Source: Octopus vulgaris
Lineage: Eukaryota
Direction: 5' to 3'
Assembly (NCBI GenBank): GCA_951406725.2
Contig: OX597817.1
Location: 8,060,001-8,124,000 of the forward strand
Length of the DNA: 64,000 bases
The position numbers were made by a program, and so were the translations under genes. This document shows, piece after piece, positions 51,609-64,000 of the stretch (position 1 is the stretch's first letter; each line of letters starts with the position of its first letter). Under the pieces are notes generated by a model that was given only the letters and a program-made list of their open reading frames with translations, did not search any database and had not been told where the DNA came from.

Positions 51609-52252
51609 AAACAGTAAAACTGAATCAGATTAAACAGTACTAAAACGCATATGCATTTGTAAAGTTTTCTAAATTAAATATTCGGATGGTACAAAAGTTA
51701 AGAAAACTTGAATGTACATGGGATTGGTGACATCTTCCGACATCGTCACAATTCCTGCAGCACTCTCTATAGTTCCGGGAAGAGCTATTTACAATTGCAT
51801 ATAACTCCGGGTGTAAATTAGATCAGTGAGTAAGAAGTTTATTTTATTGAATGACTGATATCATTGACTGCTATTACGAGACTCATAGAAATTGGAAGCT
51901 GTAATCGCGCATGAGTAAAATGGCAGAGTGACGTCTGATGATCTCAGACTAATTCTTAGCAGAATGACTTGGGTTCCATAATGTTCACATTTTGTAACAA
52001 TGTCGTTTTCAAACACACGCTTATGAAAGTGGGTTATTCAAATTCTTGTTTTATTACGAAGCCCTAGCATTGCAACATTGCAACGTAAGGCGCAGGGGTG
52101 GCCGTGTGATAAGTAGCTTGCTTACCAGCCACATGGTTCCTGGTTCATTCCCACTGCGTGGCACCTTGGGCAAATGTCTTCTACTATAGCCTCAGGCCGA
52201 CCAAACCCTTGTGAGTGAATTTTGTAGGCGGAAACTGAAAGAAGCCCTCGTC

Positions 52253-52323
<71 letters not shown>

Positions 52324-53823
52324 TATATGCATGTGTGTGTATATGTCTGTGTGTCTGTGTTTGTCCCCCAACTTCGCTTGACAACCGATGGTAGTGTGTT
52401 TAAGTCCCCGTAACTTAGTAGTTCGGCAAGAGAGCGATAGAATAAGTACTAGGCTTACAAAGAATAAGTATTTTTCAAGATCAACGTCTGAAAGATGGAG
52501 TGGAATCTTTACCGAAGTTTCAGTTGTTTAGGAACTCCATTGGATAATTGAATTCATTGTTTTTATCATCGTAGAAATCAATGTTTTGCTAAGTGACTGT
52601 TTCCTCATAAAGCATATTGGCAGTTTCTTGATTTATACAATCACCATCGTTGGTATTAATTCTTTAGTTTGATAAGTTTCAAAGATCCAATATATTTTCC
52701 AAAATTTGATTTGGCGATTCATCTTCATTCAGTATAACCTCAGCATCCTTTGGAAGTTCGGTCATGCCATCAGAGGCAATTTGTTCAAATTTGTAGTAAA
52801 ATCATACGTAGATGATATTTTTCGGAATCTCGAAGGTTGACAAAGCATATCTTTTCAAATGGCAATTTGCACTTTCTTTTTGTGCGTGAGTATTCATTTG
52901 CGCACACAGGCTGTGCTCGTACACAACTAGGATTCTCGAATTCTCATATTTTCTCTCTCTCTCTCTCTCTCTCTCTCCGTCCTTCTCCTCTCACAGACAC
53001 ATTATTATTTTAGAGTACAGTTTAATAAGAAAAACAAAAAATGAAATGGTTCACCATGAGTCTCTCTCTCTCTTTACTCTTTTACTTGTTTCAGTCATTT
53101 GACTGCGGCCATGCTGGAGCACCGCCTTTTTGTCGAGCAAATCGACCCCGGGACTTATTCTTTGTAAGCCCAGTACTTATTCTATCGGTCTCTTTTGCCG
53201 AACCGCTAAGGGACGGGGACGTAAACACACCAGCATCGCTTGTCAAGCAATGCTAGGGGGACAAACAGAGACACACAAACACACACATACATATATACAT
53301 ATATACGACAGGCTTCTTTCAGTTTCCGTCTACCAAATCCACTCACAAGGCTTTGGTCGGCCCGTGGCTATAGTAGAAGACACTTGCCGAAGGTGCCACG
53401 CAGTGGGACTGAACCCGGAACCATGTGGTTGGTTAGCAAGCTACTTACTACACAGCCACTCCTTTCTCTTCTTTGTGTGAACCTAATAACAATGTTCTGA
53501 TTCTATTTCCTACATGAATTCCATGCCTAGAATCTCTCATGTGAGAAATTGAGCCAAGCGCCACAACGCTTCGGTTACCAATAAACGAACGAACGAACCT
53601 CAGGCGTAACTTGAAATTATGTCGACGCACCAGATGTGACTCTCCAACTTACGAAGACGATTTTCGATGAAACAAAATCTTGTCTTAAATTTCCCCCCCG
53701 CCCACAACTACAATTTGCACAAATACTGACTTGCTTCTTATAGAACTATACAACCCTGAGTACTTGCTGACCTTTAACGAAGTTAAACCCATTTGGAATA
53801 TTGTTAAAATAACTGAAACCATA

Positions 53824-53868
<45 letters not shown>

Positions 53869-55276
53869 GCATTCTAGTCTTATCAATGTCTACACTTACC
53901 AACACGCTACAATCACTTGGCCTAATGTTAATCTAACTCACATGTTCCTCCTTCTTAACCCTGTCTCCCCCCTCTCTCTCTCTCTCTCTGTCTGTCTGTC
54001 CCTATCTGTCTGTCTGTCTGTCCCTGTCTCTGTCTCTCTGTCTGTCTCTGTCTGTCTCTCTGTCTCTGTCTCTCTGTCTCTCTCTCTCTCTTACGAGTTT
54101 TATACTAATGCTCTATGTTCTTCAGAAATCCTGACTTTTAAAGCTATTCGATGCATCTACCCCTCCTTCCTTAATGTCACCTACGGTGTTTCCCACCCCA
54201 TAGACTCCTTTCCAAATTCTTCTTTACCAGATTTTCATTCTTTTGCAATTCAGTCTCCGCTTAACATTTTCTATGCAAACCACAGAATTGTAACATTCCA
54301 AATCTCACATCAACAACGCCAACATCACTCAGTAAATACCTGTAACCCTGTCTAAGATGACCTACAAAGGTCAATGTAAACTAACAAGTGCAGATCGTAT
54401 GGAGTCGCCTTTATGTTTCTGTGGAAGCTATTCACATACTTTATAGCATTATACATCAGCGCAGCTGTGGCTGTGTAGTAAGAAGCTTGCTTCCCAACCA
54501 CATGGTCCCGGGTTCAGTCCTACTATGTGACACCTTCGGCAAGTGTCTTCTACTATATTCTCAGGCCGACCAAAGCCTTGTGAGTGGAGCTGGAAGACGG
54601 AAACTGAAAGAAACCTGTCGATATAGATATACGTGTGTGTGTGTCCCTGTGACCATGTTTGTCCCCCCTCCCATCAGCGCTTGACAACCGGTGTCGGTGT
54701 GTCTATGTACCAGTAACTTAGCAGTTTGGCAAAATAGACGATAGAATAAGTACCAGGCTTTATATTCGGCTAAAAATCATTCAAGACGGTGCTCCAGCAT
54801 GGCCACATTTAAATGACTGAAACAAGCAAAAGAATAAAATTATTGACCCCGAGAGAAATAACATATTAAAGTCAGTTTTCAAAAGATTAAAGTATATAAC
54901 TTATATTCTTTTATACTCTAGGCACAAGAAGGGGGGGGGGGGGGGGCAGTTGATTAGATCGATCCCAGTGCACAACGGGTACTTAATTTATCGACCCCGA
55001 AAGGATGAATGGCGAAGTCGACCTCAGCGGAATTTGAACTCAGAACTGACGAAATACCTATTTCTTTACTACCCACAAGGGGCTAAACACAGTGGGACAA
55101 ACAAGGACAGACAAACGGATTAAGTCGATTACATCGACCCCAGTGCGTAACTGGTACTTAATTTATCGACCCCGAAAGGATGAATGGCGAAGTCGACCTC
55201 GGCGGAATTTGAACTCAGAACGTAACGGCAGACGAAATACCGCCAAGCATTTTGCCCAGCTTGCCGTCATAGTATA

Positions 55277-57031
55277 TCATCTTAATATTCTGTCTGTGTC
55301 TGTCTGTGCGTTTATATCTCGAGTATTGTTCATCCGATCGCACTGAAATTTAAAAAAAAGGATACATGACATGGATACATTACGTTCCGTAATCTAAAAA
55401 AAAAATTTCAATATAGTTAGTTTCAAGGTGAGAATCGCTATTTTTCTAATATTTTTTTACCTGTTTGTTCCGCTATTAAAATCAACCAGTTGCTCAGACA
55501 GCCGGCACACCAAATCAAATCAAATTTTACAAGGTAATCGTATAAGATGCGGTGAGTGTTAACATGTAATTTTTATCTTCATTTGGATTAAAATAATATT
55601 ACATTTTCTCGAAAATAATCTTTCCATAGTCAACTATAGTAAAGGACATTTTATACCACGATGACGACCACGTCACATTTTGTGTATGCGTGCGTATGTG
55701 TCTGTGAGTGTGTGTATGTTTGCACGTTCGTTACGTACGACGTGGTAAAGGACATTTTACGCCACGACGACAACACATTTTGTATATGAATGTGTATGTG
55801 TCGTTCAGTGTGTGCATTTGCGCGTTCGTTATGCACGAGATAGTAAAGTATATTTTAAACGACGTCAACGACACATTTTGTATATGAGTGTGTATGTGTC
55901 TGTCTGTGTGTGTGTGTGTTTGCGCGTTCGTTACGTACGAGATAGTAAAGGACATTTTATACCACGACAACAACACATTTTGTATATGAGTGTGTATGTG
56001 TCTGTCAGTGCCTGTGTGTTTGCGCGTTCGTTACGTACAAAATAGGAAAGGACACCACCACCACCACTACCACAACTCATTTTGTATATGAGTGTATAGG
56101 TGTCTGAGTGTGTGTGATTGTGTTTGCGCGTTCGTTACGTAAATGTATATCTGAGTGTCTGTATTAGTATATGTATGTGAGTGTATGTGAGAGTGTATTT
56201 GTATGTCACTCTAATTGAGGTTATGTGTGTGTGAGCGTGTGTGTGGTTGCAAATTACGTTGATGTAAACTGGCGCCGCCACGTGAAAGACCTATACTGGC
56301 TCCAACTAAGGAAATGATTGATAAACTCAATCATGAACTTCATCAAAAGTTAACAGATGCATCAGAAATGACTTTTCCATCAATTCACACAACAGTCGAT
56401 CAAGATCAAGCTGCTCAATACCCTGTCGAATTTCTGAATACACTTAAATCCATTGGAATGTCACCGCATAACTTGACATTAAAGCCGGATGCTCCCATAA
56501 TGTTGCTCAGGAATTTTGACCCACCTCGCTTGTGTAAAAGAAATCGCTTAACTGTTACTTCCGTGAAACCCCATGTCCTACAGGCAACAATCATAACAGG
56601 TAATAACAAAGAAGAACATGTCTTTATTCCAAACTTACCTCCTGTACCTACAAATGTTCCATTTGAATTTAAGAGGCTTAAGTTTCCAATTAAACTAAAT
56701 TTTGGTATTTCAGTTAGAAAATCTCAGGATCAAATCCTCAAGGTAGTTGGACTTCATCTCTCTTCTTGATGCGTCCCCCACGGCCAACGCTACGTTGGTT
56801 GCTCACGAGTTGGAAACAGCAACAATTTATTTATTTGGACTCCAACAAAAATTTACACAATGTTTACCTTGGGGTGCTTCAGGATGGACAGATTTTCAGT
56901 TCTAAGTTCTATCATCATTACAATTTGGATATCTTTAAATAAAATATATAGATATTTTGAAATAAATATGAGAAAAATATATTTCTGAATAAGAACAATA
57001 GTAACACGGTAACACCGGGTAATTCAGCTAG
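55277..57031 (+). mobile_element. Helitron with a Pif1-type helicase fragment and internal minisatellite
   Basis: 56314-56815 YPVEFLN...PIMLLRN...FKRLKFPI...KSQ...HGQRYVGCSRV; 3' hairpin plus CTAG; about 110-120-bp tandem units at 55635-56140. Confidence 0.85.
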
Positions 57032-57033
57032 TA

Positions 57034-57090
<57 letters not shown>

Positions 57091-57449
57091 AAATATTAGG
57101 AAATAAATCCAAACTTACAGGGGAAAATCAGATTTACGATTAAATCCAATTTTATAGTAAAATATATTATATTATATTATATTAAATTAGAGATAAAACC
57201 ACTATTAGGCAAATCAAACAATGAAAAACATACGCCAATACATAAAATTAATTAATTTATATTATTTTAAATATATATCAAAAGTATTAAAAATTTAATA
57301 AAAGATAAAGACACCTATACTCTCATATACAGAATGTGTTGTGGTGGTGGTGTCCTTTTCTATTTTGTACGTAACGAACGCGCAAACACACAGGCACTGA
57401 CAGACATATACACACTCATATACAAAATGTGTATATATTATATATATAT

Positions 57450-57538
<89 letters not shown>

Positions 57539-58122
57539 TATATATTTAAGAAGGCGCATGGTGGCTCAGTGGTTAGAGCGTCGAGCTTACGATCGTGAGG
57601 TTGTGAGCTCGAATCCCGGATCGGGCTGCGTGTTGTGTTCTTGAGTAAGACACTTTATTTCACGATCCAGTTCACTCAGTTGTAGAAATGAGTTGCGACG
57701 TCACAGGTGCCAAGCTTTATCGGCCCCTTTGGATAACACTGGTGACGTGGAGAGGAGAGGCCGGTATGCATGGGCGACTGCTGGTCTTCCATAAACAACT
57801 TTGCCCGGACTTGTGCCTGGGAGGGTAACTTTCTAGGTGCAATTCCATGGTCAGTGTCGTGACCGAAGGGGGTCTCAGATATATGTATCTAGTGGATTGA
57901 TTAGATAATATAGCCGGAGATTAGTCGTATCTTGATCATGTCTTTGATCTTAGGCTTGCTTGATTAAGATTGACCATAAGCTGATCAAGGGCAATACAAC
58001 GATAATGATGATATACTAGACACTGTTGCGTCACAGAGGCAACGACTGGACTTTCTTTGCAGAAAACTATAAAACTCTCTCTCTCTCTATATATATATAT
58101 ATATCGAGGAAGCGATGCCTAC

Positions 58123-58167
58123 CACACGTTGATAATAGGCAAACACCTTGAAACCTAGGTCCGTGTG
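58123..58167 (+). ncRNA. Minimal type I hammerhead motif (U3-A8 core)
   Basis: CACACG-TTGATAA-TAGG(CAAACA)CCTT-GAAAC-CTAG-GTC-CGTGTG; palindromic stem III. Confidence 0.65.
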
Positions 58168-58347
58168 TGGTTTCCGCTTCATCGGGGAATTATCTCCCTT
58201 TGCAGGATAGAGGACGCCGTGATGGTGTCAAGCCTATCTGGCGACGTTGATGTTCGCCTGGGGCTAAATGCAACAGTAACACCTCCACCACCCTGCCCTG
58301 TCCCTAGCCATATTCAGATGGCTTTAGTCCCTTATGTTATATATATA

Positions 58348-58692
58348 TCTTTATATATAAAAGTAAGGTTGTGTGCTGTCTGTCTCCTACGATTTAGATT
58401 CCTAACTACTCCCACATTTTGCGGTGCAGTTTAACCAAAACCGGGTATCTTATAGTCGTGATTCATATCGAGCCCTTCTGGGTATTAGCGCGCGTCTACG
58501 ATGAATCTACGATTAAGGGAAGTAACTCTCTAAAAATGTCTACGATGAGTCAACGATTAAAAAAAAAATTTACCATCATTTTTTTTTCCATTTTTAATGC
58601 ATTTTTTTGCTATTTTTTGGCTATAACTCTCTAAAAATGCTTATATAGTTATTTCCCTTACAAACCCGAGAAACGCCGGGCGATACTGCTAG
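58348..58692 (+). mobile_element. Non-autonomous Helitron
   Basis: TC start, CCCG...CGGG hairpin, CTAG end. Confidence 0.8.
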
Positions 58693-59316
58693 TATATATA
58701 TATATAAATCGGTGATTAGTTCTAATGGCTTCGGAGGAATAAGATAGAAGTTGTAAGACCAATCACGAGCGATTCAAATAGCTGCAATCAGGAATTGAAA
58801 CCTGACTGGAGGTTTTACACGTTAAATACTTACCTTTCAATAATAGGACACTCAACTATGGTGGGATCGTCGACTTAAACATACACATAAACGCATACAT
58901 ACATACATACATACAAACATACATACATACAAACATACATACATACATACAAACATACATACAGTGGCTGTGTGGATAGTAGCTTGCTAACCAACCACAT
59001 GGTTCCGGGTTCAGTCCCACTGCGTGGCATCTTGGGCAAGTGTCTTCTGCTAGAGCAGAAGCCTGTCGTATATATGTATATATATATAAGTGTGTGTGTA
59101 TATGTTTGTGTGTCTGTGTTTGTTCCCCTAGCATTGCTTGACAACCGGTGCTGGTGTGTTTACGTCACCGTCACTTAGCGGTTCGGCAAAAGAAGACCGA
59201 TAGAATAAGTACTGGGCTTACAAAGAATAAGTCCCGGGGTCGATTTGCTCGACTAAAGGCGGTGCTCCAGCATGGCCGCAGTCAAATGACTGAAACAAGT
59301 AAAAGAGTAAAGAGAG

Positions 59317-59771
59317 TATACATACATACATACATACATACATACATACATGCATACATATATGCATATATACATACATACATATATGCATATATACATA
59401 CATGCACTCGCATGCATACACACACTTGCACTTCGTTTCTCACATATACACAATGATATAGCGTTATGTCTGCTTCCTGGCTCTCAAATAAATATGTGTA
59501 ACACACACACACACACACACACACACATACGTTGCAGATAAGATAATACAAGAAGGTCTATGTGTGCTGGAGTTAAGAAAACTGAAGCCACAAGACGAAT
59601 AAAATAAACAAACAATACATACATATATACATACATACATACATACATACATACATACATACATACATCATGCATATATACATACATACATACATACATA
59701 CATATTCACACACATACATACATACATACATACATACATACATACACATATATACACACATACACACATTC

Positions 59772-59802
<31 letters not shown>

Positions 59803-59979
59803 TATATATATATTATATATACACACACATATGTATGCATAGATATGCATACATATAATACGCACGCACACATATATATATATATATGTTTGTTTTTGTA
59901 TGTATATGTATGTATTTATATATATATATATATGTATATATATGTGCATATATATCTATACATATAGGAATATATTTAT

Positions 59980-60015
<36 letters not shown>
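59317..60015. repeat. Compound (CATA)n/(CA)n/(TA)n microsatellite field
   Basis: Read directly. Confidence 0.9.
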
Positions 60016-60671
60016 CAACGAAGGAGGACCAGGCAAAGTGAAGAAAGATTGGAATAACTGATGTGATAGAAGCAAAGACGGATTTTATATTTGTTTTCTA
60101 CTTGATTTGGTCTTTCTTTTTTCTTTTTTGCTATTAGTTTACACCCAACCCACCCATCCACCCGCCCCACCGCAAACCCCTTTTTCCTTTCGTTTACTTT
60201 GGTATTCAAACAAGCAAATTTGAAGAGTATCTGGAAAAGCGGGAATAGACTCTTGTTTAACTAACAACACCAGCAAATACTAAGAACTACCAACGGCAGT
60301 GACGTCAGAGACGAATTCCTTTACATGGATATTAGGTTAGCTGTAGGGAAAGAAGGAAAAAAAAAAAAATAAAATAAAAATAAAACATAGTTCTTATGGT
60401 GGAATTCGGCTAGAAAACGGATATTGGGTCGAGAAAAATACCATAAAAGGAACTAACAGACATCTTCCCTTTTTGTTTTGTTTTTATTTCCGCTTTGAGG
60501 AATCTTCATATCTCCATCCACTCCGTTTCTGCATCTGTTTCTTGTGTCTGTGTCTGTGTGTCTGTGTCTGTGTGTTTGCTGGACCCTCCGACTGACTGAC
60601 TCTAAGCTAGCCTCCTCATAAATGGGGTGCTATATTAAGTCCACCCATAATTGGATTATATATTAAGTCCA

Positions 60672-60707
<36 letters not shown>

Positions 60708-60837
60708 GACATTAGCCAACCGATGGAGCAGTCACTGTCTATACCTCATTTAGAGAATTATTATTGCTATATATATATATATATGAAAAAACAAGTCAAA
60801 AATAGAAAATGCTAAGATAATTTTATAGTGAATCTTT

Positions 60838-60875
60838 CAGTACCGGTTTCGGTCATTTTGAGACCTTTTCAACTG
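60838..60875 (-). ncRNA. Minimal type I hammerhead motif (U3-A8 core), apparently intact
   Basis: CAG-TTGAAAA-GGTC(TCAAAAT)GACC-GAAAC-CG-GTA-CTG. Confidence 0.7.
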
Positions 60876-61435
60876 TAACGATTAAATAATTAAATTTAGA
60901 AAAATTAGAAGAAAAGTTTTTTTAAAAGAATATTTCTGTAGTAGTGTTCAGATATAAGTAGCATTCTGCCTTTCTCTGACTCCCTTGTTTGCACTTATAT
61001 CATATTAAATTAGAGATAAAACCACTATTAGGCAAATCAAACAGTGAAAATCATAAGCCAATACATAGAAATAAAATTAATTAAAAAATATATAAAAAAT
61101 ATAAAATATAAAATATAAAAATCCAATTAAAATATTTAAATTAAAGTTAAAATTTTAAAAAATTATTTAAATTAATAATTTAAACCTATAAATTATAAAT
61201 ATATATATATTTTTATTATTGTTTTATTTAATTATTTATTTTTTATTTTTATTTATATTTTTTAATTTTTTATTTTTTTTAATATTTTTTATATTTTTAT
61301 ATTTATTTATTTATTTTTTTATAAATTATAAAAAAGTATTAAAAGTTTAATAAGATAAAGAGTAAAAACACTACGATCCCTGTAAGTTTGGATTTACTCC
61401 CTAATGTTATTATTATTATATATATATACACATAC

Positions 61436-61658
61436 ACAAAATTAAGAGGAATGACCACCAAAGTGGACTCCTAATATGCTAGATATAGACGTCAAATCGC
61501 CTAACCACGAAGAGTGTGTTCTCAAGAAAAAAACTTCAGCAATCTGGCGTTTTGCTGAAATTTTTTTCTTGAGAACACATTCTTCGTGGTTAGGTGATTT
61601 GACGTCTATAACTAGCATATTAGGAGTCCACTTTGGTGGTCATTCCTCTTAATTTTGT
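61436..61658. repeat. Long near-perfect inverted repeat (about 107-bp arms, 9-nt loop)
   Basis: 61436-61542 is the reverse complement of 61552-61658 with a few mismatches. Confidence 0.9.
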
Positions 61659-62183
61659 ATGTAATATAACTTTTGTGGAGGAGTAGTAGTTAGGGCAGTG
61701 GGCTCGCGGTTTCGATTCCCAGACCGGGCGTTGTGTGTGTTTATTGAGCAAAAATACCCCAAAAGCTCACGAGGCTCCTGCAGGGGGTGGTGGCGACCCC
61801 TGTTGTACTCTTTCGCCCCAACTTTCCCTCACTCTCTCTCCCTGTTTCTTGAGTAACGCTGCGATGGACTGGCGTCCTGTCCAGCTGGGGAGGGGGGACA
61901 CATATGCCATAGAAACCTGGCTAGGCTTGAAAAGGGCGCATAAATAAAAAATATATATAATTTTTAATCTTTGGATTTTTAAAAAATGCTAAGTCACTGG
62001 TTTTAATTGATTAATATCAATTTCTACTCTCATTATTTAATTTATATATATATATACAGGGTGTCCCCAAAAAATGGATACACACCTTAAATAATTGTAA
62101 ATTTGTTATTCTTTGTAAGCCTAGTACTTATTCTATCGTTCTCTTTTGCCGAACCACTATGTGTATACATTTTTTGGGACACC

Positions 62184-62238
<55 letters not shown>

Positions 62239-64000
62239 AATGAGAGTGCATATATATGTGTGTGAGTGTGTGTGTGAACACATACATATATACATACATA
62301 CATACATACATACTTACATGCATATACATATGCATATATAAATACATATATGTATGTGTGTGCGTCTATGTGAGACTCCACACACTCACACACACATACA
62401 TTATGCACAATACAACGTATATTAATTAGAGAGAGGGAAAAAAGATAAATTCAAAATAATTAAACGACAGTTTTTAAACCTTTCTCTCTTCGTTTACAGA
62501 AAGTTTTGGTAAAGAAAATTATCTCACATATTGCCGGTGGCACATAAAAAGCACCATCCGTTCGTGGCCGTTTGCCAGCTCTGTCTGGCACCTGTGCGGG
62601 TGGCACGTAAAAAGCACCCACTACACTCACGGAGTGGTTGGCGTTAGGAAGGGCATCCAGCCGTAGAAACACTGCCAGATCTGACTGGGCCTGATGAAGC
62701 CTTCTGGCTTCACAGACCCCAGTTGAACCGTCCAACCCATGGAAAGCGGACGCTAAACGATGATGATGATGATGATTTCATGGTTTGTTGATCACTCAAC
62801 AAAATACAAGTACCTTCCATCCTTCTTCGTACCAATAAAACAGCCAATTGTTGTTTAAATCGATTCTGAGTTAGAATTTGTAATGACTAGACAGATTTGC
62901 ATTACGTACTTTTATTTGGTGGCCTGATTTAATCAACAAAATTGTGCACAACACAGCAGGTTTTAGAAAACCAAAGAGAAATTTAAATTGAATACATATT
63001 ACTTTCTTTTCGTACAAAGAAACATAAACGAGATTGGATTGACATGTTTCACGGATCACTGACCCCGAAAATAAGAGCAGAAAATTGAGGTGAGCGAACG
63101 TGGAGAGAAGTTTGCTTCTCAACCATATGGTTTTGGGTTCAGTCCCACTGATTGGTACCTTCGGCAGGTGTCTTCTACTATAGCCTTGGGCCAACCAAAG
63201 CCTTGTGAATGGATTTGGTTGATGGAAACTAAAAGAAGCCCATTGTATTGTGTGTGTGTGTAAGAGGTGTATCTTTGTATCCATGCTTGTCAAACCCCAC
63301 CGCTTAACAACCGGTGTTGGCGTGTTGACGTCCCTGTAACTTAGCGTTTCGCTTAAAAATCGATAGAATAAGTACCAGGCTTAGAAAGAAAATAAGTAAT
63401 GGGGTTGATAAGTTCGACTAAAAATTCCTTAAGGCGGTGCCCCAGCATGGCCGCAGTCTAATGACTGAAACAAGCAAAAGGTAAAAGATAAAAGACACAC
63501 TCACACACACACGCACACACACACACACGCACACACACACACACACACAACCCTTTTGACGAACATGAATTTAAGCAGTACAAGTTTATCTGAGTAAGAT
63601 ATTTAATAAATAAGATAGCTCAACAACTCAGCAGGTATTCAGGACCATGAATATATGTCTACATGATGAATGGGCCTCAAGTTTGCCACATGAATAAGAT
63701 ATGTAATGTTCATCGCAATTACCTACGCGGATACATAGATGTTTCGATGACTACTCGTCTCATCAGCTGCCGTCTAACTAAGAACAGTTACACGAAATAT
63801 AGAATTGCCGACATCACGTGTAGTTGGTATATAAATCGATCACTAACGAACGAAGTCCGATGTAGTCACTTCAGATATCAATAAGGAATGATAAAATGTC
63901 TAAAAACGATGGTGAAAACATCTTCAAGGTCCTCTACTGGGAATATATGTTAGTAAGTTGGGATGCTTAAATAAATACCAGGAAATCGGAAACGACATAT

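Noticed and set aside
56314-56769. Host PIF1 helicase gene
   Set aside because: Intronless degenerate fragment with a stop codon, bounded by a Helitron hairpin-CTAG end
57551-57630. tRNA-like sequence (also at 40830 and 13380)
   Set aside because: These are SINE heads continuing into SINE bodies, without a complete acceptor stem

Overview
AT-rich, repeat-dense metazoan genomic DNA. The SINE and microsatellite landscape resembles an octopus/cephalopod genome (inference). Positions 1.5-23.7 kb hold the last eight coding exons of Integrator complex subunit 7 (INTS7, + strand), including a GT-AG U12-type (minor spliceosome) intron at 9279-10644. The rest is intronic or intergenic and filled with several tRNA-type SINE families, LINE 3' ends (RTE, CR1, Tx1-like in GATA repeats, R4/Dong-like in TAA repeats), Helitrons, piggyBac/hAT/mariner MITEs and Penelope-like remnants with minimal hammerhead ribozymes. 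The most striking object is a young, slightly damaged LTR retrotransposon (33056-36710, - strand, 5-bp TSD) nested in a small TIR element. It has two Gag zinc knuckles, a GGGAAAC slippery site followed by a pseudoknot, and a DIRS-like RNase H motif. It lacks a TGG primer-binding site; instead, the 12 nt after the 5' LTR are exactly complementary to the 5' end of tRNA-Phe, suggesting priming by a 5' tRNA fragment. All calls are made by eye; boundaries of degraded repeats are approximate.
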